Virus record (IMG/VR): IMGVR_UViG_3300028025_001180
Strand: one strand, 5' to 3'
DNA length: 64,000 nucleotides
DNA from: a virus
Taxonomy: Duplodnaviria; Heunggongvirae; Uroviricota; Caudoviricetes
Shown here: one piece after another, positions 1 through 8,191 of the stretch
Layout: the number at the start of each line of letters is the position of its first letter
Numbering within the stretch: position 1 is the stretch's first letter
Translations under genes and position numbers: made by a program
Notes under the pieces: generated by a model
What the model was told of the DNA's origin: nothing
The model's database searches: none
Seen by the model: the letters and a program-made list of their open reading frames with translations, nothing else

Positions 1-38
1 CAGTTCCTATTGTAGGAACGTATAAAGGAAGTAGACAC

Positions 39-272
39 ATGGATGGTATGTGGGTGATACCTAGTATTAGTACAGAACAAATGATTATAGGTATAAAAGA
101 AACTATCAAAACCTACGAGCACAGAAGAAATGAGATGTTGAAAGCACGTGATAGTAGAAGCTGGTTAGAAGTGTGCAAGATATTAAAGAAGTACTACGAC
201 AATGTTCGTAAGATAAATAAAGAGTATACATCAGATATAACAAAACAATTATACATAGAAGCATATGTTTAA
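39..272 (+). CDS. Hypothetical protein. The reading frame is open back to window position 3, so it may be the C-terminal part of a longer gene truncated by the window edge. Its stop overlaps the ATG of the next gene (ATATGTTTAA), suggesting translational coupling.
   Basis: ORF track. The frame upstream of the ATG at 39 has no stop codon back to the window start. Its position is consistent with an operon with the 265..1326 gene. Confidence 0.4.
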   Translation: MDGMWVIPSISTEQMIIGIKETIKTYEHRRNEMLKARDSRSWLEVCKILKKYYDNVRKINKEYTSDITKQLYIEAYV

Positions 273-1326
273 ATATAACTTGAATCTAGTTAATGAATTA
301 TTCTTTGAACTTACACACACTCCTGAGAACAAAGAGTATAAGATAGTATTTTTAGATAAGAAGAAAGAACTATACAGCACCACTCTTAAGAAAGGAATGT
401 GGGCTAAGTATCCTCAAAGATATCTTACTAATTACTTTGTGGAGATATGGGATGGGGAGATGTTGAAAGAAAGAATTAGCTTCATAGATCAGATGAAAGG
501 TAAGCGTGTGTTTATATCTTTTGAATCTAGTTCATTAGGAGATAGCATTGCTTGGATACCATACTGTCTAGAGTTCAAGAACATATACCAATGTGATGTC
601 ATAGTATCTACATTCAAGAATGAACTGTTTGAATCTGTATATCCAGAACTTAAGTTTGTAGGTAGAGGTGTAACAGTAGATAATATCATAGCAATGCTTG
701 AACTAGGATGGTTTTGGGATAAGCTAAAAGAACCTACACACCCTGCCACTATACCATTACAACAAGCAGCATCTAATATATTAAACCTAAAGCACAGAGA
801 GATACAACCTAGGATAGCTTTCACTCCTAAAGAAAGACCTATACTAAATAAATACATCTGTATCTCTACTAGATCTACAGCTCAGTGTAAGCATTGGTAT
901 TATTGGAAAGAGTTAATTAGAGAGTTACAAGAGATGGGATATGCTGTATTTGAGATGTCACAAGAAGCTGATGACTTGGGTGCTGATAAACTAGAAGATA
1001 AATCACTAGATAATGTAATGAACTATCTACACCATGCAGATCATTACATTGGTTTGTCAAGTGGTATAAGCTGGCTCAATTGGGGAATAGAAAAGAAAGG
1101 AACAATGATTTCTAACTTCACAGAAGAAGGTCATGAGTTTCAAAGCAATTGTATACGTATAACTAATAAGAATGTATGTAATGGCTGTTGGAACAATCCT
1201 CTGTTTAAATTCAATAAGGGTGATTGGAACTGGTGTCCTGAAAATGAAAATAGCCCTAGACAGTTTGAATGTCATAAGGCTATTTCAATGGAAGATGTTT
1301 TACTTAGTTTTAAATCTCTTCTGTAG
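265..1326 (+). CDS. Putative GT-B glycosyltransferase of the TibC/BAHT (bacterial autotransporter heptosyltransferase) type, 353 aa.
   Basis: The C-terminus carries a Cys tetrad, CNGC-x15-C-x11-C (C-x2-C-x15-C-x11-C). This matches the spacing I recall for the Fe-binding 'iron-finger' of TibC (C358/C361/C377/C389). There is an upstream SSLGDSIAWIPY Gly-Asp-Ser region. The size is right for a single GT-B protein. No homology search was run. Confidence 0.45.
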   Translation: MFKYNLNLVNELFFELTHTPENKEYKIVFLDKKKELYSTTLKKGMWAKYPQRYLTNYFVEIWDGEMLKERISFIDQMKGKRVFISFESSSLGDSIAWIPYCLEFKNIYQCDVIVSTFKNELFESVYPELKFVGRGVTVDNIIAMLELGWFWDKLKEPTHPATIPLQQAASNILNLKHREIQPRIAFTPKERPILNKYICISTRSTAQCKHWYYWKELIRELQEMGYAVFEMSQEADDLGADKLEDKSLDNVMNYLHHADHYIGLSSGISWLNWGIEKKGTMISNFTEEGHEFQSNCIRITNKNVCNGCWNNPLFKFNKGDWNWCPENENSPRQFECHKAISMEDVLLSFKSLL

Positions 1327-1498
1327 GAACTTCTATTGCTCCTTGAGACTTAGCTAGTTCTAATGCTACAGCTTCAATAAACTTCAATATATCATTGCCA
1401 TACATTGTAGGCAATTTCTCATTAGCATAGTTCATTAATAGTTGAACCTTTTCTGCAGTCAAAGAAGGAACTGGTAGTTGTTTTGTTTCTTGATTCAT
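1310..1498 (-). CDS. Small hypothetical protein, 62 aa. It is the last gene of the minus-strand block and its 3' end overlaps the converging plus-strand gene by 17 nt.
   Basis: ORF track only. Coding-like composition. No motif recognised. Confidence 0.35.
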   Translation of the reverse strand: MNQETKQLPVPSLTAEKVQLLMNYANEKLPTMYGNDILKFIEAVALELAKSQGAIEVPTEEI

Positions 1499-1552
1499 AA
1501 TATATGATTTTTAACAAAGGTAAGTTAACTAAATTAATTACCAAAATTTACT

Positions 1553-1948
1553 TTATTCAATAATTGTAGTTGTTGTTGTGGTGGTTTCTACAGGAGTCTC
1601 TGTTGTTGTTGTTGTAGTTGTAGGTTCTATAGGAGCTTCAGTGGTTGTAGTGGTGGTAGTAATTGGAACAGGAGGTACATAATCACCTGTGATTGTTAGG
1701 TTAAGTTGTTCAGCTACCCAATCCCAAGCATAAGCATCCACTTCCCATTGAGTGTAGGCTTCACCTGTCATATAAAGGTTGCCTTGAGCCACTTGAATAC
1801 CAAGATTACCATCTTCTTGTTCTGTCAATAAGACATAGTAAAATGTAGCACTTGTTCCTAAAGTTACATTTATGGCATAAGCATTTAATATCTTAGCCTC
1901 TAAAATTTGTCCATTGTCCCATATTGAGACAGGTTGAATTGTTTTCAT
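1553..1948 (-). CDS. Hypothetical virion-associated protein, 131 aa, with a C-terminal poly-Thr tail (TTTTTTTEAPIEPTTTTTTTETPVETTTTTTT).
   Basis: ORF track. The poly-Thr linker is the same kind seen in five other structural proteins of the block. It follows the BNR gene after a 27-nt spacer. Confidence 0.55.
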   Translation of the reverse strand: MKTIQPVSIWDNGQILEAKILNAYAINVTLGTSATFYYVLLTEQEDGNLGIQVAQGNLYMTGEAYTQWEVDAYAWDWVAEQLNLTITGDYVPPVPITTTTTTTEAPIEPTTTTTTTETPVETTTTTTTIIE

Positions 1949-1975
1949 TTTTATTTGTTTTTATTTTTATTTTTA

Positions 1976-3658
1976 TTAGCATGTTCCGTCAAACATTTGA
2001 ATAGAAACTGTACCTCCACCAGTTACAACTTGCCCAGCAAATGTTCTACTTGTTCCAGTTGCACTTACGCAAGTAAGATTAGAAGAAGTGTCTATAACCT
2101 CCACAGAGTCATTGCTTATATTTGTATAAGATACAACTATTGTTCTTGATGCCCCAGTTTGCGTTGTTGTTCCAGATGCACCATTACCAGCTGTTATTGG
2201 GAATGTAACACCACTTACTTGCACACCATTAATGGTTATATCTGTAATTGATGTACCAGCAGTATTATTAGTAATATCAACAAAAGCAGGACCTGCCGCA
2301 GTTGTAGTGGTGGTTGTTGTTGGAGTGTTTAATAATGCTTTTCTATATATTTGGCTCCAAGCACGAGCTGTTGTAGCACTGACTATAAAACTAGATCCTC
2401 CATTTATACTATAGTTAAACTGCCCTATATTGTTTAACATCATGGCAATATAATTGTTTGTAATACCTGTAGTGACAGCTGTACCACCAGCTATAGCAAC
2501 ATTATTAGTATACCCATCACTTTGTGCAAAAGAAGTACCTGAATTAATTGATGATATGACTAAAGGTGAAAATGATGAAGGAGAGTAGAATGATGTAGTT
2601 GTAAACTCATTTGTAGCCCCCACCATAACTTGTCCATTATCTGATATAGTTGCAGAGGTAAACCCTACACGTCTTGTGCTAGCAAAATAACTAACTGTGT
2701 TTGAATACCTTTCAGTAAAGCTAGAACCAAAATTGTTTGTAACAAATGCTTTTACTCCTTGTGTTCCACCAAGACCTGGTTCAAGATAGTCAGTTGTTAA
2801 AAACTGATTTTGACCTGTTCCATCTAAGGCAATATCAAAAAATCTTGAAAACTCGCTACCACCACTTCTTGTCCAAGTAGATCCATAGTTAGTTGAGTAA
2901 ATTCTAAATGACCAAGGTCTTGGAGTATTAATCCCTCCTGGATCCACTTCATAAGAATAAACAGCAGTCATATATTGACCATTTCCAGATACAGATATTT
3001 TAAATGGATAATTGTTATACATATTAACATTCATAGAATCTGTATATATAGTACCAAATGAAACACCATAATCTGATGATGCTACAAGTAAAGCCTGTTT
3101 GAGACCTCCTGCACTCAAAGTGTTTGTTAGACCTGCTATACCTATATATTGTCCATTATTAGACATAGCTACACCTGTTGGATAAAGGGTGCCACCAAAA
3201 ACTCCACTTATTAATTTTGCTGTGAATGTAGCTCCTCCATCACTAGATAGATAAACTGTAAGACTTAATGAATTAGTAACAACAGCAATGTATGTTCCTG
3301 TACTATCTCCTGCTATTGCTGTCCAAGTATAAGATGATGTCAAACCTGATAAAGCTGTAAAAGTGTTCCCCCCATCTGTAGATTTATAAGCAGCTGTTCC
3401 TGCCACCCCATACATTACATATGGAGAGGTACTAGTAATTCCTGATAAATCTTCTCTAGTTACTAATTGATTTGATGCTTTGGCAGCATATGTAGGAAGT
3501 GATGTATTTATATTTACATAAGTGTTAGCTTCAGTTTTTGTGATTTGCTTAAGACTGCTTGGTATAGTTGTCTTAGCTGTAAAAAAACCTTGAGTAACAC
3601 CACTTTGTAAGTTATTAAAACTAATGGTCTGATTTTGTTGTAAATCACTATATGCCAT
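1976..3658 (-). CDS. BNR/Asp-box repeat (sialidase-like beta-propeller) protein, 560 aa. Putative receptor-binding or glycan-degrading tail protein.
   Basis: At least six S-x-D-x-G-x-T-F/W type repeats (KSTDGGNTF, SSDGGATF, SSDYGVSF, STNYGSTW, TNNFGSSF, INGGSSF). A poly-Thr linker is followed by a C-terminal domain. It lies immediately downstream of the two tail-fibre genes. Confidence 0.75.
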   Translation of the reverse strand: MAYSDLQQNQTISFNNLQSGVTQGFFTAKTTIPSSLKQITKTEANTYVNINTSLPTYAAKASNQLVTREDLSGITSTSPYVMYGVAGTAAYKSTDGGNTFTALSGLTSSYTWTAIAGDSTGTYIAVVTNSLSLTVYLSSDGGATFTAKLISGVFGGTLYPTGVAMSNNGQYIGIAGLTNTLSAGGLKQALLVASSDYGVSFGTIYTDSMNVNMYNNYPFKISVSGNGQYMTAVYSYEVDPGGINTPRPWSFRIYSTNYGSTWTRSGGSEFSRFFDIALDGTGQNQFLTTDYLEPGLGGTQGVKAFVTNNFGSSFTERYSNTVSYFASTRRVGFTSATISDNGQVMVGATNEFTTTSFYSPSSFSPLVISSINSGTSFAQSDGYTNNVAIAGGTAVTTGITNNYIAMMLNNIGQFNYSINGGSSFIVSATTARAWSQIYRKALLNTPTTTTTTTAAGPAFVDITNNTAGTSITDITINGVQVSGVTFPITAGNGASGTTTQTGASRTIVVSYTNISNDSVEVIDTSSNLTCVSATGTSRTFAGQVVTGGGTVSIQMFDGTC

Positions 3659-3659
3659 A

Positions 3660-6600
3660 TTATTTTAATTTAGCTTCTAATTCTTCAATACGTTTTTCCA
3701 AACTAGCAACCTTTGCCACTAACACTTGTGCGTAAGACAAAGATAAGAAACCATCTTCACTTTCTATCACTGCACTTGGTAATATTTCTTGTAAGTCCTG
3801 TGCGTAGTATCCTAATTCCTCTTTACCATCTTTTATGTATAGCTTAGGCTTTATAGCCTCTATTCCACTAATTATAGGCTTATCACTTATTTCTTTCTTT
3901 AAACGCTTATCTGAAAATTCAAAGAATGATGTAGCTGTGACTGAAGAACTAAATGTAGCAGCACCTGTTGTTGCAATTTTTAATCCTGTTGGGTCGCTTC
4001 CACCTGCAGGTCTTAACCATATACCATTTCCTGATGTAGATTCTAATAATGAAAATGATGAAACTACTTCCCCAACAAACATAGAATTACCTGCTAAAAT
4101 TCTTGAAGTAAACCTTCCTGTACCATTAACATCTAACTTGTATCCACTATCTGTTGTAGTACCTATTAATACGTTACCACCATTTTGATTTAATGCTAAT
4201 GGTTTATAACCTATTAATTGCTCTACTGCTTGTATTGTTCCATATCCCAATGAGTGATAACCAAATATTAATTGAGCATTTGTATTACTTGCTCTTTGTA
4301 TAACAAGTTGCTCATTACCTGCATCTGCTGAAATTGTTAATCTATTTCTAAATATACCTGTACCATTAACATCTAATTTATATCCTGCGTCAGTTGTAGT
4401 TCCTATTAATACATTACCACCGCTTGTGATTCTCATTCGTTCGCTTCCTGCATTCTCAAATATTGTTGCAGCAGATTCAGAGTTATTGATATAAAGATTT
4501 GTACTATCATCTATACCAATAAACGTACCATCGCTTGTACCTTCTCCTGTGTTTGAATTAACTAAGTGTAATTGCGCTCTGTTTGCAGTACCTGCACCAT
4601 AGATTTGTAAAACTCTATTATTTGATGCTTGACCTGTTGCATTTGCAGTTCCTATTCCTAAATTGCCACCACTTGTTATCCTAGCCCATTCTGTATATGT
4701 TAAACCATTTGTACCTAATCTTCCAAATGTTAAAAATCCACCTCCTGCTCCATGTGCAAATAAATCTGTACTATTACCTGCTGCTAAGTCTTGACCTAGT
4801 CCAGCAAATACATTTGTTCCATTATCATACACTAAAAATTTAGCTCCAATTCCTGTTCCAAGTGAAAGTTTTGAATATCCTAAAGGGTTAGTAATTCCAA
4901 TACCAATTCCTGTACCACTTTCATACATTATGCTATTCCCAATAGAACTTGCACTACTCCATTTAGGAATATAGTTGGTAGTACCACTACCTGTTACACC
5001 ACTTCCACCACCTCCTCCAATAGTTACACCATTAATTTGGAATACACCATTAATGTTTACGTTACCATTAACTTGTAAAGCTCCTCCACCTGTAATACCT
5101 GCAGTATTAATTAATACTTGGCTAGCTTGATTAATAGTCATTACAGTAGTTAAAATACTACTTTGTAATGTCTTAAAATATAAAACTCCACCAGTTCCTG
5201 CAAATTTACTTCCTTGTATTTGTGCTTTTGTTTGACCAATATCAGCCTTAAAGTTTAAAAAAGTATCACCTGCACTATTATCACCAGAGATGCTTAATGT
5301 AGCATTTGTTGTAGGTCCACCTACTATTACTTCACCACCGCTTGTGATTCTCATTCGTTCGGTACCATTTGTAATAACACCTAAATCGTGATTAGTAAAA
5401 GTACCAATCAATCCTAAAGACGAATAAGTAATACCAGTTCTTATTGTTCCATTACCAGCTGCAACTGCACCGCCTATTACATCAAGTTTCTCACTTGGAC
5501 TACTCGTTCCGATTCCAACATTACCACCATTAGTTAATACCATTTTAGCAGCACCTCCACCTGTTTGCCAATTATGACTTAAAGCATCATAGTTAAGATT
5601 AGTATAAGCTGAACCTGTATAAGCCTGTATGTCTACTGCAGATGCTTGAGTTAATCTTAATGTGCTTCCTACAAATACGCTACTAGATAACGTAGCAGCA
5701 CCTGTAACTCCTAATGTACCACCAAATGTTCCATTTCCACTTGCAGCAAAATCACCATTGCTACCACCTGTAGCTGATATATTAACTCCTGGTGTACAAA
5801 CGTGAGTTAATGTAGAACCTGTTTGAGCTGACCCTCCAAATGTAACTGTTTCATTGTTTAAAGGATACACCTCAACATTCATTGTACAGACATTAGGAGA
5901 ATTGCTAGTTGCTTCAACTGAAAAGTTTTCATCATTATTACTTATAACTCTTAAAGTTAATAATGTGTAAATACCTGCTTGAGAGGTGATTAAAATATCT
6001 TGGGAATGATTTACTAAGATGTCAGCTGTTACGTTGATAACTACACTTCCAGTGGTGCCTTGCAATGTCATTCTAACAGCAGATGCTAAAGCATTACCTG
6101 TTACATTACAAACCACTGTATATCCTGCATTACTTACATTAGCTGTAGAAACATATCTCTTAACAGCTCTTTCAAGTGAGCTTGAATTAAAGTAATAATC
6201 TGTAGCACTTACAGTGCTTGAGAATGTAGCAGATCTATCAGTAGCAATAGATAACGCAGTTGTAAATGTATTAGAAGTGGCTATATCAGCCCCACCTGAA
6301 ACTCTTATAGTAAAAGGGACTGATGCAAATCCTAAAAAAGGATTCTGTCCTCCTATTTTTACAAACCCTAATCTTGGAACTGCTTGTGCATCTGTTCCAA
6401 TATAAGTGGATTCTCCATTTACACTAATGGTACCAGTAGGTGAAAAGATTATATTATTAGTCCAAGCTCCTCCATTTAAATGCCAAAAAGCTAAATCATA
6501 AGTAGCATCTTGTTGTAAAATCCAACCTCTATTATTTGTACTATCTAATATTGTAAATCTTGAACTACCTCCTACTGTATTTGAACTACCTGCTCCATTT

Positions 6601-8168
6601 GCTATTATTTCAGCAGTAGCTCCTGTAGTTCTAATGTTACCAGTAAATGTAGCAGTTGTACCATTTAAAGCTCCTGTCAACGTACCACCTGCTAAAGGTA
6701 AGTAAGTAGAAGATGCACTACTTGTAGTTAAATATGTATTTGAATCTATACTTCCATCTGCTTTTAAAAACTGAGTTGATGTACCACCGCTTTTTATTAA
6801 ACTATTTGCTGTTACAGAAGATGAGAATGTAGCTGTACCAGTTACTTGGAACCTTGCACCATTACTTGTTTGAGTTCCTATTATTACGTAACCATCAGAT
6901 GTGATACGCATACGTTCAACAACACTTGTAGCAGATGCACCATATCCTGTTCCAAATGAAACACCTGCATCGTTACTGCCATTAAATTGAAGATAACCTA
7001 GCCATGTAGAATCTACCTTTTGTTGTATTCTGAAACCTGCACTTGTCCAAGAAGTACCATTAACAACACGAGTGTTTGTTAATTCTAACAAATCAACACT
7101 ACCTGTATTAACTTGCAATTTTTGAACTAATGATTGGTTTCCTAATGTTGTCCCAAGGGTAGGCCCTACAATATTTAATTTGGATGATGCGTCAGCATTT
7201 CCTCCAATACCTATATTCTTATTTGCATCCCAAGCATAAGGAAACTCTATTTCACTACCAAGACCCTGATCTCCCCATCTTGATGTTAGTAAACGAATAG
7301 ATGATATTCTTACTGATGAAGCATTAGTAGTAGTTATAGTTAGTCTAACAAAGTTGTCCCCACCAAAGGTAGTGATATAAAACCAAGCAGGGATGGCATT
7401 ATAAGTATTTGATGACGTATGTCTAACTGTCCAAGTAACATTGTCCGCAGAAGATTCAAATACAATTGTCTTTGCTGGTGATACCACTGTATATGTAAAT
7501 CCAATACATAACCAACTTGCACTGTTAAAAGAAACTCCTGTCCAAATCCATCTTGCAGAAAGTATAGTTGTACCATTAATAATCTCAATATTTTGGTTTT
7601 GTTTTTGTGCAAATAAATTATTATTTAATGTTGCAGAATTATAAGTAATACCATCAGCTGATGTTTGATATTGAGGTGAGTATAATCCAAATGAAAATAC
7701 ATCATGCCATAGATATGGAGAAATAGGAGATTGTGCAACCTGTGATGTATCAGATGGTATCACTGTATTTGTTAATGATCCATTTTGTTTAAAGCTCTGT
7801 AGGCCAAATGCAAAAATACCTCCAGTAGATGATACGTTTACTAAATTAGTTCCATCAAATGTTAAGTTAGCTTCAGCGTTTGCTGTATTAGTAGTTCCTA
7901 ATGATGTAAGAATTCTATTATCAACAGGATTTGTAATTGTACTAAATCCAGTACCAGACGTACCAGAAGAACCATTGGCACCTGATGTGCCAGATGTTCC
8001 TGTAGTACCACTAGTTCCCTTTGTACCACTTGTACCACTAGATCCTGCTATACCATTGGCTCCTGAGGTTCCACTTGATCCTGCTATACCAGACGTTCCA
8101 GAAGTAGAATAACTGATTGGTACACCACTATCAGTCAAAAGATTATTAGTAATTAAAGCTATGCCCAT
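3660..8168 (-). CDS. Tail fibre, 1502 aa, with an N-terminal collagen-like G-[TS]-[SA] tract, internal 'ERMRITSGGNV-IGTT' fibre repeats, and a C-terminal peptidase-S74 intramolecular chaperone (self-cleaving) domain.
   Basis: The N-terminus is GTSGIAGSSGTSGANG... The repeats ERMRITSDGYVIIGT, ERMRITSGGEVIVGG, ERMRITSGGNVLIGTTTDAGYKLDVNGTG and NGGNVLIGTTTDSGYKLDVNGTG are present. The last 84 aa, SDKRLKKEISDKPI...GYYAQDLQEILPSAV...LSLSYAQVLVAKVASLEKRIEELEAKLK, match the endosialidase/T5-Ltf chaperone consensus SD-R-K-NI...AQEVQEV-PEAV. Confidence 0.88.
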   Translation of the reverse strand: MGIALITNNLLTDSGVPISYSTSGTSGIAGSSGTSGANGIAGSSGTSGTKGTSGTTGTSGTSGANGSSGTSGTGFSTITNPVDNRILTSLGTTNTANAEANLTFDGTNLVNVSSTGGIFAFGLQSFKQNGSLTNTVIPSDTSQVAQSPISPYLWHDVFSFGLYSPQYQTSADGITYNSATLNNNLFAQKQNQNIEIINGTTILSARWIWTGVSFNSASWLCIGFTYTVVSPAKTIVFESSADNVTWTVRHTSSNTYNAIPAWFYITTFGGDNFVRLTITTTNASSVRISSIRLLTSRWGDQGLGSEIEFPYAWDANKNIGIGGNADASSKLNIVGPTLGTTLGNQSLVQKLQVNTGSVDLLELTNTRVVNGTSWTSAGFRIQQKVDSTWLGYLQFNGSNDAGVSFGTGYGASATSVVERMRITSDGYVIIGTQTSNGARFQVTGTATFSSSVTANSLIKSGGTSTQFLKADGSIDSNTYLTTSSASSTYLPLAGGTLTGALNGTTATFTGNIRTTGATAEIIANGAGSSNTVGGSSRFTILDSTNNRGWILQQDATYDLAFWHLNGGAWTNNIIFSPTGTISVNGESTYIGTDAQAVPRLGFVKIGGQNPFLGFASVPFTIRVSGGADIATSNTFTTALSIATDRSATFSSTVSATDYYFNSSSLERAVKRYVSTANVSNAGYTVVCNVTGNALASAVRMTLQGTTGSVVINVTADILVNHSQDILITSQAGIYTLLTLRVISNNDENFSVEATSNSPNVCTMNVEVYPLNNETVTFGGSAQTGSTLTHVCTPGVNISATGGSNGDFAASGNGTFGGTLGVTGAATLSSSVFVGSTLRLTQASAVDIQAYTGSAYTNLNYDALSHNWQTGGGAAKMVLTNGGNVGIGTSSPSEKLDVIGGAVAAGNGTIRTGITYSSLGLIGTFTNHDLGVITNGTERMRITSGGEVIVGGPTTNATLSISGDNSAGDTFLNFKADIGQTKAQIQGSKFAGTGGVLYFKTLQSSILTTVMTINQASQVLINTAGITGGGALQVNGNVNINGVFQINGVTIGGGGGSGVTGSGTTNYIPKWSSASSIGNSIMYESGTGIGIGITNPLGYSKLSLGTGIGAKFLVYDNGTNVFAGLGQDLAAGNSTDLFAHGAGGGFLTFGRLGTNGLTYTEWARITSGGNLGIGTANATGQASNNRVLQIYGAGTANRAQLHLVNSNTGEGTSDGTFIGIDDSTNLYINNSESAATIFENAGSERMRITSGGNVLIGTTTDAGYKLDVNGTGIFRNRLTISADAGNEQLVIQRASNTNAQLIFGYHSLGYGTIQAVEQLIGYKPLALNQNGGNVLIGTTTDSGYKLDVNGTGRFTSRILAGNSMFVGEVVSSFSLLESTSGNGIWLRPAGGSDPTGLKIATTGAATFSSSVTATSFFEFSDKRLKKEISDKPIISGIEAIKPKLYIKDGKEELGYYAQDLQEILPSAVIESEDGFLSLSYAQVLVAKVASLEKRIEELEAKLK
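3663..3914 (-). other. Peptidase-S74-like intramolecular chaperone domain of the 1502-aa fibre. The predicted autocleavage serine is in FSDKRLK.
   Basis: Motif match as described for the parent CDS. Confidence 0.8.
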
Positions 8169-8191
8169 TGTTCAAAGTTAGTTTATTTCTA

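Noticed and set aside
489-1357. ORFs 489..857 -, 1057..1275 - and 1172..1357 + overlapping the glycosyltransferase gene.
   Set aside because: They are alternative frames or antisense within a longer ORF that has a recognisable motif set.
3835-7644. Plus-strand and alternative-frame ORFs inside the 1502-aa fibre gene (3835..4188 +, 6214..6405 +, 7441..7644 +, 7340..7612 -).
   Set aside because: They are embedded in a long gene with clear domain signatures. There is no independent support, and they are typical of repeat-rich Ser/Thr/Gly coding sequence.
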